Assembly: GCA_038891035.1 (NCBI GenBank)
Contig: JAWAEW010000005.1
Location: 1,425 to 65,424, forward strand
DNA: 64,000 nt
Direction of reading: 5' to 3'
DNA from: Candidatus Anstonellaceae archaeon
GTDB lineage: Archaea > Micrarchaeota > Micrarchaeia > Anstonellales > Anstonellaceae
Numbering within the stretch: the first letter of the stretch is position 1; each line of letters opens with the position of its first letter. Positions 10,044-20,530 of the stretch are shown here, one piece after another. The notes under the pieces are model-generated. The model saw only the letters and a program-made list of their open reading frames with translations, was not told the origin of the DNA and did not search any database. The position numbers were made by a program, and so were the translations under genes.

Positions 10044-10088
10044 CTCATCACAGCGCAAATAAAAACCATAACTTATTATTAAACCATT

Positions 10089-11126
10089 ATGGAGGAAGAG
10101 ATTGAGGCAATTGCAAGGCAAATCCAAAGCATTTCTTTGGAGAGGCAGCAGTTTGCAAAACTTCTTAGAGGCGAAAATTGCTGCTTTGAACAGATGCTAG
10201 AGAAACAGCTTTATTATAGAGTAGAACCCGCCAAAGCCGAAGGAAAAGTTGCTGCAGTGGATTGTGGAATTGTTGGGCAAGAATTTCATGGCTTTGATTT
10301 TCTTGTCTCTAGAACTGTTGGTGTAGTTTTTGAGTATCAAGAAAACAAGCCGAAGAAGCATTGGTATTTTCCATCTGCTTCTCCTACCTTGAAATACGAT
10401 ATAAGGGGAGGGCTTGAAAATTATGAGCTTGCTTGGCATAAAAGCTTATTTAGGCTCAAAAATGAGATTTTGTGTGCTGCTGAACTAATTTCAAAGCATA
10501 AACCAGAATACCTTTTTTTGGACGGTTCGATAGCCCCACTTATATCAGACAAGCCTTCCGAAGAATCGCAGATGCTGCCACTTTATAAGGAGGTGATAGA
10601 GCTTTACAAACACTTATATGAGTCGTGCTTAAAATCAAGCTGCACTTTATGTGGGATAATCAAAGATAGCAGAAGCAAAAGATTTGTAGAGATAGTTAGC
10701 AAGCACCCGCAAATTGGAGAAAAGCTGAAAAACACCGCTGACAGCAATTTTCTTTTTTTCCTGCTTCAGCAAGGTGAGAGGACATGCGCATTTGAATACT
10801 CATCCTGCAAGCATCATGTATTGAAGGATCTTGGGGAGTGGGCAGACAAAATTATCTCGTTTTATATTAAGCCCGTTGAAAACGATCGGCCACTACGTGT
10901 AGAATTTCTTTCAAATTCTCGCTCATTTTCTGAAATAGCCTCATTTGTGCATACTTTATCTTGCCTGCATAAAGCTTATGCCTATCCTGCAATATTGATT
11001 GAAGCTGACTTGAGGGCTGCACTTTCTTATGAAGAGGTCGAGCGAACCTATGGGCTTTTGTTTTCCAAGCTTAAAGGAATTCCCGAACTGTGGAAGCTTA
11101 GAAGGAACATGCGTCCTTTTCGCTAA
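10089..11126 (+). CDS. NurA-like 5'-3' nuclease domain protein (stand-alone)
   Basis: Conserved acidic residues of NurA/RNase H-like fold: AAVDCG, LFLDGSIAPL (DGS motif) and C-terminal YPAILIEADLRA (YPxxLxxAD/H motif). Confidence 0.55.
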   Translation: MEEEIEAIARQIQSISLERQQFAKLLRGENCCFEQMLEKQLYYRVEPAKAEGKVAAVDCGIVGQEFHGFDFLVSRTVGVVFEYQENKPKKHWYFPSASPTLKYDIRGGLENYELAWHKSLFRLKNEILCAAELISKHKPEYLFLDGSIAPLISDKPSEESQMLPLYKEVIELYKHLYESCLKSSCTLCGIIKDSRSKRFVEIVSKHPQIGEKLKNTADSNFLFFLLQQGERTCAFEYSSCKHHVLKDLGEWADKIISFYIKPVENDRPLRVEFLSNSRSFSEIASFVHTLSCLHKAYAYPAILIEADLRAALSYEEVERTYGLLFSKLKGIPELWKLRRNMRPFR

Positions 11127-11158
11127 GCCTTATATTGCTCTAAGTCAAAAACGCAATT

Positions 11159-11353
11159 ATGGATTGGATAGGAAGACCTGTGGCAGAAGGAGAAGAGTAC
11201 GAAGTAAACATTGAGGCAAAAGGGGCAAGAGGCGACGGAATTACGCATATCGAAGGCTTTGTGGTGTTTGTTCCAGGCGCAGAAGTGGGAAAGAAGGTAA
11301 AAATAAGAATCAAAACAGTAAAGAGAACGTTTGCAGTAGCTGAAATAGTATAA
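11159..11353 (+). CDS. Stand-alone TRAM domain protein (small RNA-binding OB-fold)
   Basis: [53 protein letters not shown] matches the TRAM domain consensus (EYEVeIe..g.[18 protein letters not shown].pGEkVkvrI..v.r.fAfAe). Confidence 0.75.
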   Translation: MDWIGRPVAEGEEYEVNIEAKGARGDGITHIEGFVVFVPGAEVGKKVKIRIKTVKRTFAVAEIV

Positions 11354-11419
11354 GTATTTATTAAATTTTCGCAAATGCCATAGGAAATATTTAAAAATAA
11401 ATTTGGCAAAAGCCTGCAT

Positions 11420-13171
11420 GTGTGCGGGATAATTGGCTATGTTGGCTTTAGAAAAGCATCGCCTATAATTCATCAAGGCTTGCTTGCGCTTGAATATAGA
11501 GGATATGACTCCGCAGGAATTGCGATTTTGAATCAAAATGAGTTGAAAGTTGTAAAGGATGCTGGAAGAATTGAGCAGGTGAATGCACGGCATCGCTTTG
11601 AGCTTGTTGAAGGCAAAACAGGGATCGGACATACTAGATGGGCTACACACGGTGGGGTAAGCCAAAAAAATGCTCATCCTCACCAAGACTGCGAAGGCGA
11701 AATTGCCCTGGTGCACAATGGAGTGATTGAAAATTTTGACGAGCTTAAGATGAAACTGATTTCGCTGGGGCATGTATTTTCATCCGAAACAGATACTGAG
11801 GTTATTGCGCATCTTTTTGAGCAGGAACTTAAGAAAAAAAGCACCAAAAAAGCCTTTTTTAGGGCAATCTCGCTTCTTTCTGGCAGCTGGGCTGTTGCAG
11901 CAATAAAGAGAGGGGAAAATGCAATATATTTGGCACGAAATGGCTCTCCACTAATAATTGGGATTGGAAATGGTGAAATGTTTTGTGCAAGCGATGTGCC
12001 TGCCCTTTTGCCTTATACCAACAAAGTAATATACCTTGAAAATGGTGACAGAGCTGTAATTACTCCAAGCAGCTACCGAATATATGGCAAAGACGGGAAT
12101 ATCGTACGCCGAAAAATACACGAAGTTGAATGGACCCTCTCAATGGCGCAAAAGGGAGGATACTCACATTTTATGCTTAAGGAAATATACGAGCAGAAGG
12201 AGAAGGTAAGTGAGGCCTTGGCAGCAGATGTTGCAGAAGCAATTCAGCTTCTCAAAGGTCAAAAAAGTATATGTGTGGTTGCATGCGGAAGCTCTTATTA
12301 TGCAGGGCTGGCTTTGAAAGGACTTCTTCAGCAAAATGGGGTAGTTGTTGATGTAATTTTGGGCTCGGAATTTGCTTATCTTTGGTCAAGAAAAGAGAAA
12401 GTAGTAATTGCGATTAGCCAGTCAGGTGAAACCGCGGATACTCTTTCTGCAGTAAGGATTGCAAAAAGCCATGGGGCAAAAATAATTGCAATTACCAATG
12501 TCGCTGGGAGTTCGCTTTACCGAGAAGCTGATGTAAATGTCCTAATTGGGGCAGGGCCGGAAATAGCAGTGGTAGCAACCAAGTCTTTTACTTGCCAGCT
12601 TGCAGTGCTTATTAAGATTGCAATGTGGCTTTCCTCAAAGAAACATCAGATTGCTAAACTTCATCTTCTTGCCGGGAAGATAGATGAGATAATAAGGCAG
12701 ATAGAAAAAATAAAGGAAATTGCGGATTTAATTTCTGAAAAAAGAGATTTCTTTTTCATAGGGAGAGATCTTGCCTTTCCGACCGCACTTGAAGGAGCGC
12801 TAAAGCTAAAAGAAATAACCTATCTTCATGCAGAGGCTTATGCAGCAGGAGAACTTAAGCACGGCCCTCTTTCACTTCTTGATGAAAATGTAGTTGTGGT
12901 GGCACTTGCTCCAGCAAATCAAAGCCTGCCGAAAATGCTTTCAAACATTCAAGAATGCAAAGCTCGAGGAGCAAAGGTAATTGTATTTTCCGATAGCAAA
13001 GAAGCTCTTGCCGAAGGAGAAATTGGATTTAATATGCCTCCTTGCCAGCCGTTCGAAATCCCAATAATTTATGTTGTTCCTTTGCAGCTTTTGGCTTATT
13101 TTGTGGCAGTAAAACATGGGAAAGACCCAGACAAGCCAAGAAATCTTGCAAAGTCCGTCACTGTAGAATAA
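11420..13171 (+). CDS. glmS: Glutamine--fructose-6-phosphate aminotransferase
   Basis: N-terminal MCGIIGY Ntn-glutaminase. Two SIS domains. C-terminal KPRNLAKSVTVE. Confidence 0.95.
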   Translation: MCGIIGYVGFRKASPIIHQGLLALEYRGYDSAGIAILNQNELKVVKDAGRIEQVNARHRFELVEGKTGIGHTRWATHGGVSQKNAHPHQDCEGEIALVHNGVIENFDELKMKLISLGHVFSSETDTEVIAHLFEQELKKKSTKKAFFRAISLLSGSWAVAAIKRGENAIYLARNGSPLIIGIGNGEMFCASDVPALLPYTNKVIYLENGDRAVITPSSYRIYGKDGNIVRRKIHEVEWTLSMAQKGGYSHFMLKEIYEQKEKVSEALAADVAEAIQLLKGQKSICVVACGSSYYAGLALKGLLQQNGVVVDVILGSEFAYLWSRKEKVVIAISQSGETADTLSAVRIAKSHGAKIIAITNVAGSSLYREADVNVLIGAGPEIAVVATKSFTCQLAVLIKIAMWLSSKKHQIAKLHLLAGKIDEIIRQIEKIKEIADLISEKRDFFFIGRDLAFPTALEGALKLKEITYLHAEAYAAGELKHGPLSLLDENVVVVALAPANQSLPKMLSNIQECKARGAKVIVFSDSKEALAEGEIGFNMPPCQPFEIPIIYVVPLQLLAYFVAVKHGKDPDKPRNLAKSVTVE

Positions 13172-13204
13172 AGGTTTTTAAATTGTTATTAAAGATAAAA
13201 ACAT

Positions 13205-13777
13205 GTGGGTGAGCTTATGTTCAAAAATAAAACGCAAAAGTACGAAATAGAAAGACAGCCATTTGCACATTATGTGAAAAAGGAGATTGTAAGAGGCGTA
13301 CGTGTCAAGCTGCCTGTTTTCAAGGCTTTGATAATTAGGAGATTCAAGTCTAACCCGCACAGTGCTGCGGAATTTTATGAAAGAAAAGGCCTGGATTCAA
13401 ACAGCCTGTATGCTCTTTACTTTGCCACATTTGCATACGAAGAAAAAAGGCAGGAAGCAGAAAAAAAGATTGAAGAGATGAAGAAGGAGCATGAAAAGGA
13501 GATACACTCTTTGATGGAAAAGAAAACCAGCATAGAAAAAAGAATTGAAAACATGCATAAGGTTAACTCCTCTGCCAAGGATGAAGGAATGTCTTACGAT
13601 ATCTATCTTTTGGAAAGCCTAACGAAAAGGTTGGGAATGGTTATAAAAGAGAAAAAAGAAGCATTTGAAGAAACTTTAAAACAAAAAGCAGAGGAGTTTC
13701 AAAAAGCAGCACTTGCTGAAAGCGTTGAGAGGCTCAAAAAACTGCTGGAGCATGCAAGAAAGATAAACAAAGTGTGA
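13205..13777 (+). CDS. Hypothetical coiled-coil protein
   Basis: ORF with Lys/Glu-rich helical C-terminal half. No recognisable domain. Confidence 0.4.
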   Translation: MGELMFKNKTQKYEIERQPFAHYVKKEIVRGVRVKLPVFKALIIRRFKSNPHSAAEFYERKGLDSNSLYALYFATFAYEEKRQEAEKKIEEMKKEHEKEIHSLMEKKTSIEKRIENMHKVNSSAKDEGMSYDIYLLESLTKRLGMVIKEKKEAFEETLKQKAEEFQKAALAESVERLKKLLEHARKINKV

Positions 13778-13832
13778 CTCCGAAAAGGCAACAATTTTAA
13801 GTGCATCTTCTGATTTTTTAGTTGGTGGTTTA

Positions 13833-14081
13833 GTGGTAACTATTAGGAGAAATTTCACATGCAAGTGCGGCGCAACTGCATCATTTGAGTTCAGCTCAGA
13901 CATGCCTGTGGATGAAATTTCAGTTTCAGGTAAATGCCAAAGATGCTCTTCGAACATACACATAGCATTTTCTTCATTATTAGTTCAGCCCCAGCAAAAT
14001 CAGCCTCCATTGGGCTTGAAAGAAGAAAGTAAAGAAGTAAGTGAAAATATTGAACAGGCTGTAAGGGATTTGTTCAGGTAG
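13833..14081 (+). CDS. Small zinc-ribbon protein (CxC...CxxC)
   Basis: TCKCG...CQRCS four-Cys arrangement. Confidence 0.4.
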   Translation: MVTIRRNFTCKCGATASFEFSSDMPVDEISVSGKCQRCSSNIHIAFSSLLVQPQQNQPPLGLKEESKEVSENIEQAVRDLFR

Positions 14082-15345
14082 CCTTTATTTTATATTTGTT
14101 TGCTTGTCTGACCAGATTATCCATCTCAAAGGCAATTGTGCCAAGATGCCGTTCTGAATTTTTTGGTCGGCTGCTGATGCGCTGAGACATCTCTCCAGCC
14201 TCATTTACCAAATTGAGTGCATTGCTATAGATTTCAAAAAGATCGTTGTGGAATGACATTTTAGCAGTTTGCCTATCATTTATAATATTTTGGATCTTGT
14301 CAAAATCAGAATAAATCTTTTCCAGAAGCTGCTTTCTTGCATTTTGAAGGGCGTTTGGGGGATTAATGGTTCCTTCCATTTTTAATTTATTGGCCAGATT
14401 GAAAAGCTGATCTGAAATTGAAGGTATACTATAATTTTGGGTGGAATCATACTTCTTAATAAGAAGTGGGTTGAGGAGGGTATCTAGCTCGCGTGCTGCT
14501 GCAGCTGACAATTTAGTGCTGAACTTCTTGAATGAAAGATTTAGGAATATTAGATTTGACAAAATAGCCACACCTGGTTTGCTGGTTAGTGCTTTCCCGA
14601 CTACAACCAAAACTGAGAATACGTCTGTTATAGCCTTTGAAAAGCCTACTATTATATTGCTGCCGATTGAAGAATAAATAGCACCTGCCGCAAAAAATAC
14701 TCCGCCGATTACAAACAATTTCTTGTATACTCCATATACTGCTTCTTTTATGCCCTTTTTTATACCATCAAAAAGCGAAAGGAGTAGAAAATTAGATTCT
14801 GAAGTGGGGACCTGAAATTCCTTGCTTTTTCTGATAAATGAAACGATGTTTTCTGTAAATAGGACTGCCGCAAGCGCTATAAAGGAAGAGATAGGATTGT
14901 TCCAGATTAATTTAGCTATATCCTGACCGAATTTTGCAACATTTGACAGTGACTGATTGACAAGAATATCTACAGCACCTACTATAACCGTAGTTCTGAT
15001 TGCAGTTTCTGCAATGTTTTTAACGGTAGTTCGATTGACTATTACCGAAGTCACACAGCGAATAGATTCTTTGAGAGAATCAAATAGAGAATCAGATTGT
15101 CCATTGTTCATTTTGGCTGGGAATTTTGATTCTTCTTCAGCTTTGTTATATTGGAGAGTGTTTTCATCGCTGGCTTGCTGATTTGTAGTCTTACAAAAAA
15201 TTTCTTCATTGTCGCTACGAAATTGATTTTCCGGTTCTTTCTTCTTACTAAAATGATTAAAGAACTCCCAGAATCGTTTGCGAGACTGCCTTTCATTTGT
15301 TTCAGGGTGGCTAGAGGAATTATATTTCTTTCTGAATATGGACAT
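14074..15345 (-). CDS. Hypothetical integral membrane protein with hydrophilic N- and C-terminal domains
   Basis: Multiple hydrophobic helices centrally. Charged N-terminus. Helical C-terminus. Confidence 0.5.
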   Translation of the reverse strand: MSIFRKKYNSSSHPETNERQSRKRFWEFFNHFSKKKEPENQFRSDNEEIFCKTTNQQASDENTLQYNKAEEESKFPAKMNNGQSDSLFDSLKESIRCVTSVIVNRTTVKNIAETAIRTTVIVGAVDILVNQSLSNVAKFGQDIAKLIWNNPISSFIALAAVLFTENIVSFIRKSKEFQVPTSESNFLLLSLFDGIKKGIKEAVYGVYKKLFVIGGVFFAAGAIYSSIGSNIIVGFSKAITDVFSVLVVVGKALTSKPGVAILSNLIFLNLSFKKFSTKLSAAAARELDTLLNPLLIKKYDSTQNYSIPSISDQLFNLANKLKMEGTINPPNALQNARKQLLEKIYSDFDKIQNIINDRQTAKMSFHNDLFEIYSNALNLVNEAGEMSQRISSRPKNSERHLGTIAFEMDNLVRQANKYKIKAT

Positions 15346-15417
15346 AAATTCACCTTTATCTAAATTTTAGACGAGAAACATTTAAAAATATTTCACGAAA
15401 ATTCATTTTTTATAACA

Positions 15418-16239
15418 TTAAAAGCCAAAAAGGGTGGACAGCTCTGCTGCGCTTTCAATTACAAAGTTTGGTTTGTCAGATGAAGGGGCACGAAGCACAT
15501 CTTCTTTTTTTGCAATTCCAGAAAGCACGAGAACAGATTTCATTCCTAGCTTGTTTGCCATCCGTATGTCAATATCCAATCTATCCCCCACAAAAACTGT
15601 CTTTTTTGGGTCGAGCTTGTGTGAAGAAAGCAGAAGATGAAGAAGATAGGGCGATGGCTTCCCGACTACAAAATCTGGCTTTCTTCCAGTAGCAAAAATA
15701 AGAGAAGCTGCAATTGCGCCACTTCCTGGTGCAGGCCCTTCTTCAGTAGGCCAGGATGGATCGTTGTTTGCAAGCAGAAAAAATGCTCCAGCATTCAGGC
15801 AAAGTGCGGCTTTTTTCAGCTTTTCATAAGTAAGATGCCTGTCAAGCCCTGAAACTACTACTTCGGCATCGATGCTTTCCGTAAGTTTTGCGCAAGCAAA
15901 CGAGGAAAGTTCCTCCTTCAGGCCGCTTTCTCCAATCACAAATGCCTTCGCCCCTTTGCCGAATTTTTCAAGCACAAAATAAGCACAGCCAAAAGAAGAA
16001 GTCATTACATTGGTTTTTTGCGTAGTTATACCGAATGATGCAAGATGGGAGACCAAGGATGCTCTACTTTTTGTGCTGTTGTTTGTGAGGAAAAGGATGG
16101 GCAACTGTTTTTGCAAGTAGCTTATTTCCTGCGGAACTCCGGCAATTGGCTTCGAACCTATATAAACTACTCCATCTAAATCAAAAACTATTGCAGAAGG
16201 TTTAAGCTGCTTGTGTTGCTTTAGATTATGCTGTTGCAT
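15418..16239 (-). CDS. HAD-superfamily hydrolase, subfamily IIA (NagD/p-nitrophenyl phosphatase-like)
   Basis: VFDLDGVVY motif I. FLTNNS. VGDRLDIDI motif IV. Confidence 0.8.
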   Translation of the reverse strand: MQQHNLKQHKQLKPSAIVFDLDGVVYIGSKPIAGVPQEISYLQKQLPILFLTNNSTKSRASLVSHLASFGITTQKTNVMTSSFGCAYFVLEKFGKGAKAFVIGESGLKEELSSFACAKLTESIDAEVVVSGLDRHLTYEKLKKAALCLNAGAFFLLANNDPSWPTEEGPAPGSGAIAASLIFATGRKPDFVVGKPSPYLLHLLLSSHKLDPKKTVFVGDRLDIDIRMANKLGMKSVLVLSGIAKKEDVLRAPSSDKPNFVIESAAELSTLFGF

Positions 16240-16301
16240 TGCTTCACACTTTGCTTTTTCCTACCGCAAAACCTTTAAACCAATTTTGCTGGTGCTTGAC
16301 T

Positions 16302-17882
16302 TTATCCTAGAGAATAAACGTGCTGTTTTATTTTGTATGTTTTGTCAAGTTGTTGGTTTAAGTCTGAAAGAAGCATCTCTTTTACTTTCAGATACTGGTC
16401 TTTTGGAAGCGGGCAATTCCCTACTGCATAGGAAAGATTTTTCACATTGAAGCAGAGTATGCAATTGTGACAGTTTTCAATATTGTGGCAAAAATAGCAA
16501 TCCGAGCAGCTCCTTCCGGAATCTACTTCAAAGCATCGAGACAGATTCTTTGAAAAGTAGCATTTTATGCAAAATGCCGAAGAAAGCCCACATCCGTAAG
16601 AGCCAAAAATAGCCTCTGAGTTTCTTGGCCAAAAGTTATAAGCGCAGTATTTGGCCTTTATGTTGATTACATTCATGAAGCAGTTGGAGGAGTCTATTGA
16701 GGTTGGACAGTCTATGCAATTTTTGTTATTTCCTACTGTCCAGATTGGGCAAAAGAAAGCAATTTTGCTGATTGCAGATGCAGCATTTGAAAGGGAGATA
16801 CGGTTTACTTCTTCTTTGGATATCGAAAGTTGTGCAGCGATTTCTGCCTCATGCTCAAGCAGAAGCCTTTCATTTGGAAATTTGAAAAACAATGCATAAT
16901 CTGGCACCAATATCCTTTTGCCGCTGATGCAGGATTTTTCTTCCTTGAAAAGCGCGCCTTGCTCCAAAAGCCAGCTTTCATATTGCCTCATTGGGCTTCT
17001 GGGTTTGCCAAGCACTATTTTGCATGCCTCAGCAAAAACAGAACTAACAGAAGATAAATCTTTTGCTTCGGGAGCTAATTTTTGGTTTTTTTCCATTAAT
17101 TTTTCCAAACCATCTCGGTTTGGTTCATGCAAAGAGGCGATCTCAAACAAAGATGGAAGGCTTTTTGTCTCAGAAAGCCAATCGCGCATTTCTTCGAGCA
17201 GCTTGGCTTTGATTTTGTAATATTCATCTTTTGTAAGCTGGAGATTTCCTATGCAGTAGCTTTTGTTTTTCAGCCCAAAGCAAAAAATACATTCTCTGCA
17301 TCCTGAAAGACTGTGAGAAAAGTAAATGTCGGATGAGTAATCAACCTTGTGCACTTCCATTGTCCTCTGGCAAAGATAATTGTTTGAGCGTATTCCAAAA
17401 GAGGAGGAGGCACATTGGCAGCCAAAAAGGCATTCTGAATAAAGGCAGTGTGTCGAATAAGCGACATATTTGGATTCGAAAATCTGCTCAGAACGATACA
17501 CAAAATGAGAATCTACTACATAAGTTGATGATTCTACTTGGTTGCAATTGCCAAGTACAATACTTCCAGCATATACGATATTTTCTTTTACTGCTTCAAT
17601 AAGTGAGTCCAGATCTTTGCACTTGTTTATTGAAATGGATGGGCTTCTTGCATCAAAATTTATGTCTTCAAATGCAATCCACTTCGAGCCCAAGTATGGT
17701 ATTGCGCCATATACTGCAGTCTTTCCATTTACTTGCCTTTCCAGCGAAGGCCTCTTAAAGGATGAAAGCCATTCTGAAAAATCTTCAAGTTCACCTACTT
17801 CTCCTCCAAGAAGCACCTTGCAAGTCTCTTTCCATTTCTTGTTCAAATGAGAATATAATTTGCTTTTTAGCTCATTTTGCAT
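16302..17882 (-). CDS. Cys-rich tandem-module protein, paralogue A (uncharacterised family)
   Basis: Paralogous to 27737-29293 and 33041-34627. N-terminal motif TCKVLLGGEVGELEDFSEWL. Cys-rich repeats ending CxxCxFCFxxKNxxYxIGNxxLxKDxY. Second half repeats the module (ACKIVLGK...CSDCYFCHNIENCHNCILCFNVKN...GNCPLPKDQY). Start taken at ATG 17882 (MQNELK). Confidence 0.7.
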   Translation of the reverse strand: MQNELKSKLYSHLNKKWKETCKVLLGGEVGELEDFSEWLSSFKRPSLERQVNGKTAVYGAIPYLGSKWIAFEDINFDARSPSISINKCKDLDSLIEAVKENIVYAGSIVLGNCNQVESSTYVVDSHFVYRSEQIFESKYVAYSTHCLYSECLFGCQCASSSFGIRSNNYLCQRTMEVHKVDYSSDIYFSHSLSGCRECIFCFGLKNKSYCIGNLQLTKDEYYKIKAKLLEEMRDWLSETKSLPSLFEIASLHEPNRDGLEKLMEKNQKLAPEAKDLSSVSSVFAEACKIVLGKPRSPMRQYESWLLEQGALFKEEKSCISGKRILVPDYALFFKFPNERLLLEHEAEIAAQLSISKEEVNRISLSNAASAISKIAFFCPIWTVGNNKNCIDCPTSIDSSNCFMNVINIKAKYCAYNFWPRNSEAIFGSYGCGLSSAFCIKCYFSKNLSRCFEVDSGRSCSDCYFCHNIENCHNCILCFNVKNLSYAVGNCPLPKDQYLKVKEMLLSDLNQQLDKTYKIKQHVYSLG

Positions 17883-17939
17883 GTGACAAGTTGTTTGATA
17901 GTTAGAATTTAATAAGTAGTAGTCTAGTATAATACTACT

Positions 17940-18695
17940 ATGGAGGAAAAGGCTTACCAAAATCTTGAAAGACGCATTTGCGATGCAGGACTAAGCATGA
18001 TGGAAAGCCGTACTTATCTTGCACTAGTCCAGCTTGGCCCTTCCCCTGCGTCTTCTATAATTAGGCTTGCTGGAATGCATAAGGCTACAGTTTATCAGGC
18101 ACTTCAGTCGCTGATAGAAAAGGGGCTTGTCTCGTTTACAATTGAAGGTAAAAGGAAAGTTTTTCGCCCTGCTGAACCAAGACTCCTTCTGGAGAAGCTT
18201 GCCGAAAAAGAGTCCTCTCTGGAGCAAGCCCTTCCTGACCTTGAAAGGATTTACAAAGCACATTCACTTGGAAAACAGCAAGTGAGCGTATATGTTGGGA
18301 AAGAAGGGATTAGGTCTGTGTTGAATTCCATGATAAGAGAGATTGGGCCTGGCGGGTTTTATTGTGATTTTGGAGTGTCTGGCCTTTTTAGGAAGGTGAT
18401 GGGCTCATATTTTACATTATGGCAAAAACTCAAGCGCAAAAAGAAGATAACATCATATGTCATTTTCAACGAGAAGCTGAGAAAGGACAAGGAATTTTTC
18501 AAAGAATATTTTGGCAAAGCAAGATTTTATCCTGAAAAGTACGAAAGCTTGACAGACACTATGATTTACAATGACACTGTAATACTGCTTATCTGGACTG
18601 CAAAGCCTCCGCTTGCGATTGTGATAAAAAGTAAGGAAAATGCAAAAAGCTACCTCAATCAATTCTGGCTGATGTGGGAAAAGGCTAAGCCTTAA
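17940..18695 (+). CDS. TrmB-family transcriptional regulator
   Basis: N-terminal winged HTH (LSMMESRTYLALVQLGPSPASSIIRLAGMHKATVYQALQSLIEKGLV) and C-terminal effector domain. Divergent from paralogue A, with a 57-bp spacer. Confidence 0.75.
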   Translation: MEEKAYQNLERRICDAGLSMMESRTYLALVQLGPSPASSIIRLAGMHKATVYQALQSLIEKGLVSFTIEGKRKVFRPAEPRLLLEKLAEKESSLEQALPDLERIYKAHSLGKQQVSVYVGKEGIRSVLNSMIREIGPGGFYCDFGVSGLFRKVMGSYFTLWQKLKRKKKITSYVIFNEKLRKDKEFFKEYFGKARFYPEKYESLTDTMIYNDTVILLIWTAKPPLAIVIKSKENAKSYLNQFWLMWEKAKP

Positions 18696-18761
18696 GCAGA
18701 CTAATTGTGCAGGACTAAACTTCTGCGTTAGAATATTAACACTTATTTCCAAAAAATAAGC

Positions 18762-20462
18762 ATGGCTCCTCTAAAAGAGATAATCAGAAAGCACACACTG
18801 AAAAATGCGTATGACCACGGTCAGGCTATTCCATCAAAAGTTATAGGGAAGGTTCTTGGGGAGTGGCCGCAAGCAAAAGAAGACTTGAAAGCTACGATGA
18901 AGATGATTGAAGAAGAAACAGCAAGAGTAAATGCTCTTTCAAAAGAGCAGATTGAAGAGGAGCTTGCTCAATTCTCCTTTGAAGAAAAGGTTGAGCAAAA
19001 AAAAGAGCTTACATTGCCTGAGGCAAAACAAGGGCAGGTAGTGACTCGATTCCCTCCAGAGCCTTCAGGATACCCACATATCGGACATGCCAAAGCCGCT
19101 TGGCTGGATTTCGAATGCGCGATGAAATACGAAGGAAAGATGATATTAAGGTTTGATGATACCAATCCAGAAAAGGAAAAGCAGGAATTTGTAGATGCAA
19201 TAAAGGAAGGACTTTCATGGCTTGGAATAAGATGGCACATGGAAACTTACACCTCGGACTATATGGAACTGCTTTACGGATATGCAGAAAAACTTCTTGA
19301 AACAAGGAAAGCCTATGTTTGCAGCTGTAGCCCACAAGAGATAAAGAAAGGAAGAGAAGCAGGGCAAGAATGCGCCTGTAGGGGCAGAACTGCTAATGAG
19401 AATTTGAGGTTATTTGAGCAGATGAAGATTGGCGATTTGGAGGAGGGAGCAGCAATCGTCCGCTTCATGGGCGACATGAAATCTGAAAATACCGTAATGA
19501 GGGACCCGACTCTACTCAGAATAGTAAAAACATCGCACTACAGACAAAAAACAAAATACTGCTGCTGGCCTTCTTATGACTTTTCAGCGCCGATACTTGA
19601 CTCAGTAGAAGGAGTAACACATGCAATGCGCACCAAAGAATACGAATTGAGAGATGCGCTTTATTTTGCAATCCTGGAAGCACTTGCTCTTCGCAAGCCG
19701 CATATGATAGAATTTGCAAGGCTGGAGATAAAAAATGCTCCAGTCTCAAAGAGGCTGATACTGCCGCTGGTCCAAGAAGGGAAAGTGGATGGGTTTTCTG
19801 ACCCGCGCCTGCCAACCTTGGCAGGATTAAAAAGGCGAGGAATTTTGCCTGAGGCGATAAAGGAATTTGTGCTTGAGTTTGGACTGTCGAAAGTGGAAAG
19901 CAAGCCAGGGTATGACAAGCTTCTTTGGTACAACAGAAAATATCTGGACAATAAGGCGATCAGAAGGTTTTTCGTGCCTGCACCGGTTCGGCTGGTTGTA
20001 GAGGGTGCGACCCCACAAGGAGTCTCACTTAGGAACCACCCCAATCTTGATCTTGGCAAGCGCACTATGATAGCAGGCAAAGAATTTTACATTGCTGGAC
20101 AGGATGCATCATCAATTGCTGAAGGAGAGGTTTTCCGCCTTAAAGAACTTTACAACGTAAAGCTTGTATCAAAAACAAAAGATGGTCTGCTTGCCTCCTT
20201 CGTCAGCCAGGAAGGCGCTGTTGAGAAAAAAATCCAGTGGGTTCCTGCTGAGGGGGCAGTCAGCTGCACTGTCTACAAGCCTGGAAAGCTTTTAGACGAA
20301 AATGGCCAGTTCAACCCAAAAAGCATGCTACAGGAGGAAGGCTATTGCGAGCCTTCGTGCATCAATCTTGCAGAAGGATCAGTTGTGCAGTTTGAAAGAT
20401 ATGGCTACTGTAGGCTAGATAGGAAAGAAGCTAGCAATCTGGTTTTCATATTCTCATGCTGA
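18762..20462 (+). CDS. gltX: Glutamyl-tRNA synthetase (archaeal type)
   Basis: Class I HIGH motif (PEPSGYPHIGHAKAA), archaeal GluRS architecture. Confidence 0.9.
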   Translation: MAPLKEIIRKHTLKNAYDHGQAIPSKVIGKVLGEWPQAKEDLKATMKMIEEETARVNALSKEQIEEELAQFSFEEKVEQKKELTLPEAKQGQVVTRFPPEPSGYPHIGHAKAAWLDFECAMKYEGKMILRFDDTNPEKEKQEFVDAIKEGLSWLGIRWHMETYTSDYMELLYGYAEKLLETRKAYVCSCSPQEIKKGREAGQECACRGRTANENLRLFEQMKIGDLEEGAAIVRFMGDMKSENTVMRDPTLLRIVKTSHYRQKTKYCCWPSYDFSAPILDSVEGVTHAMRTKEYELRDALYFAILEALALRKPHMIEFARLEIKNAPVSKRLILPLVQEGKVDGFSDPRLPTLAGLKRRGILPEAIKEFVLEFGLSKVESKPGYDKLLWYNRKYLDNKAIRRFFVPAPVRLVVEGATPQGVSLRNHPNLDLGKRTMIAGKEFYIAGQDASSIAEGEVFRLKELYNVKLVSKTKDGLLASFVSQEGAVEKKIQWVPAEGAVSCTVYKPGKLLDENGQFNPKSMLQEEGYCEPSCINLAEGSVVQFERYGYCRLDRKEASNLVFIFSC

Positions 20463-20530
20463 GCTTCTGCAAAAAACAAATAACTCAAATATGAGTAATA
20501 AAGATAAAAACAGCCAGTTCGGAGTTTGAG

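Noticed and set aside
11123-11773. 216-aa minus-strand ORF
   Set aside because: Overlaps the TRAM gene and the N-terminus of glmS in antisense. No motifs. Judged spurious.
18727-18740. GTTAGAATATTAAC upstream of gltX resembling the hsp20 operator half-sites
   Set aside because: Imperfect palindrome at the position expected for the BRE/TATA of gltX. Likely just the core promoter.
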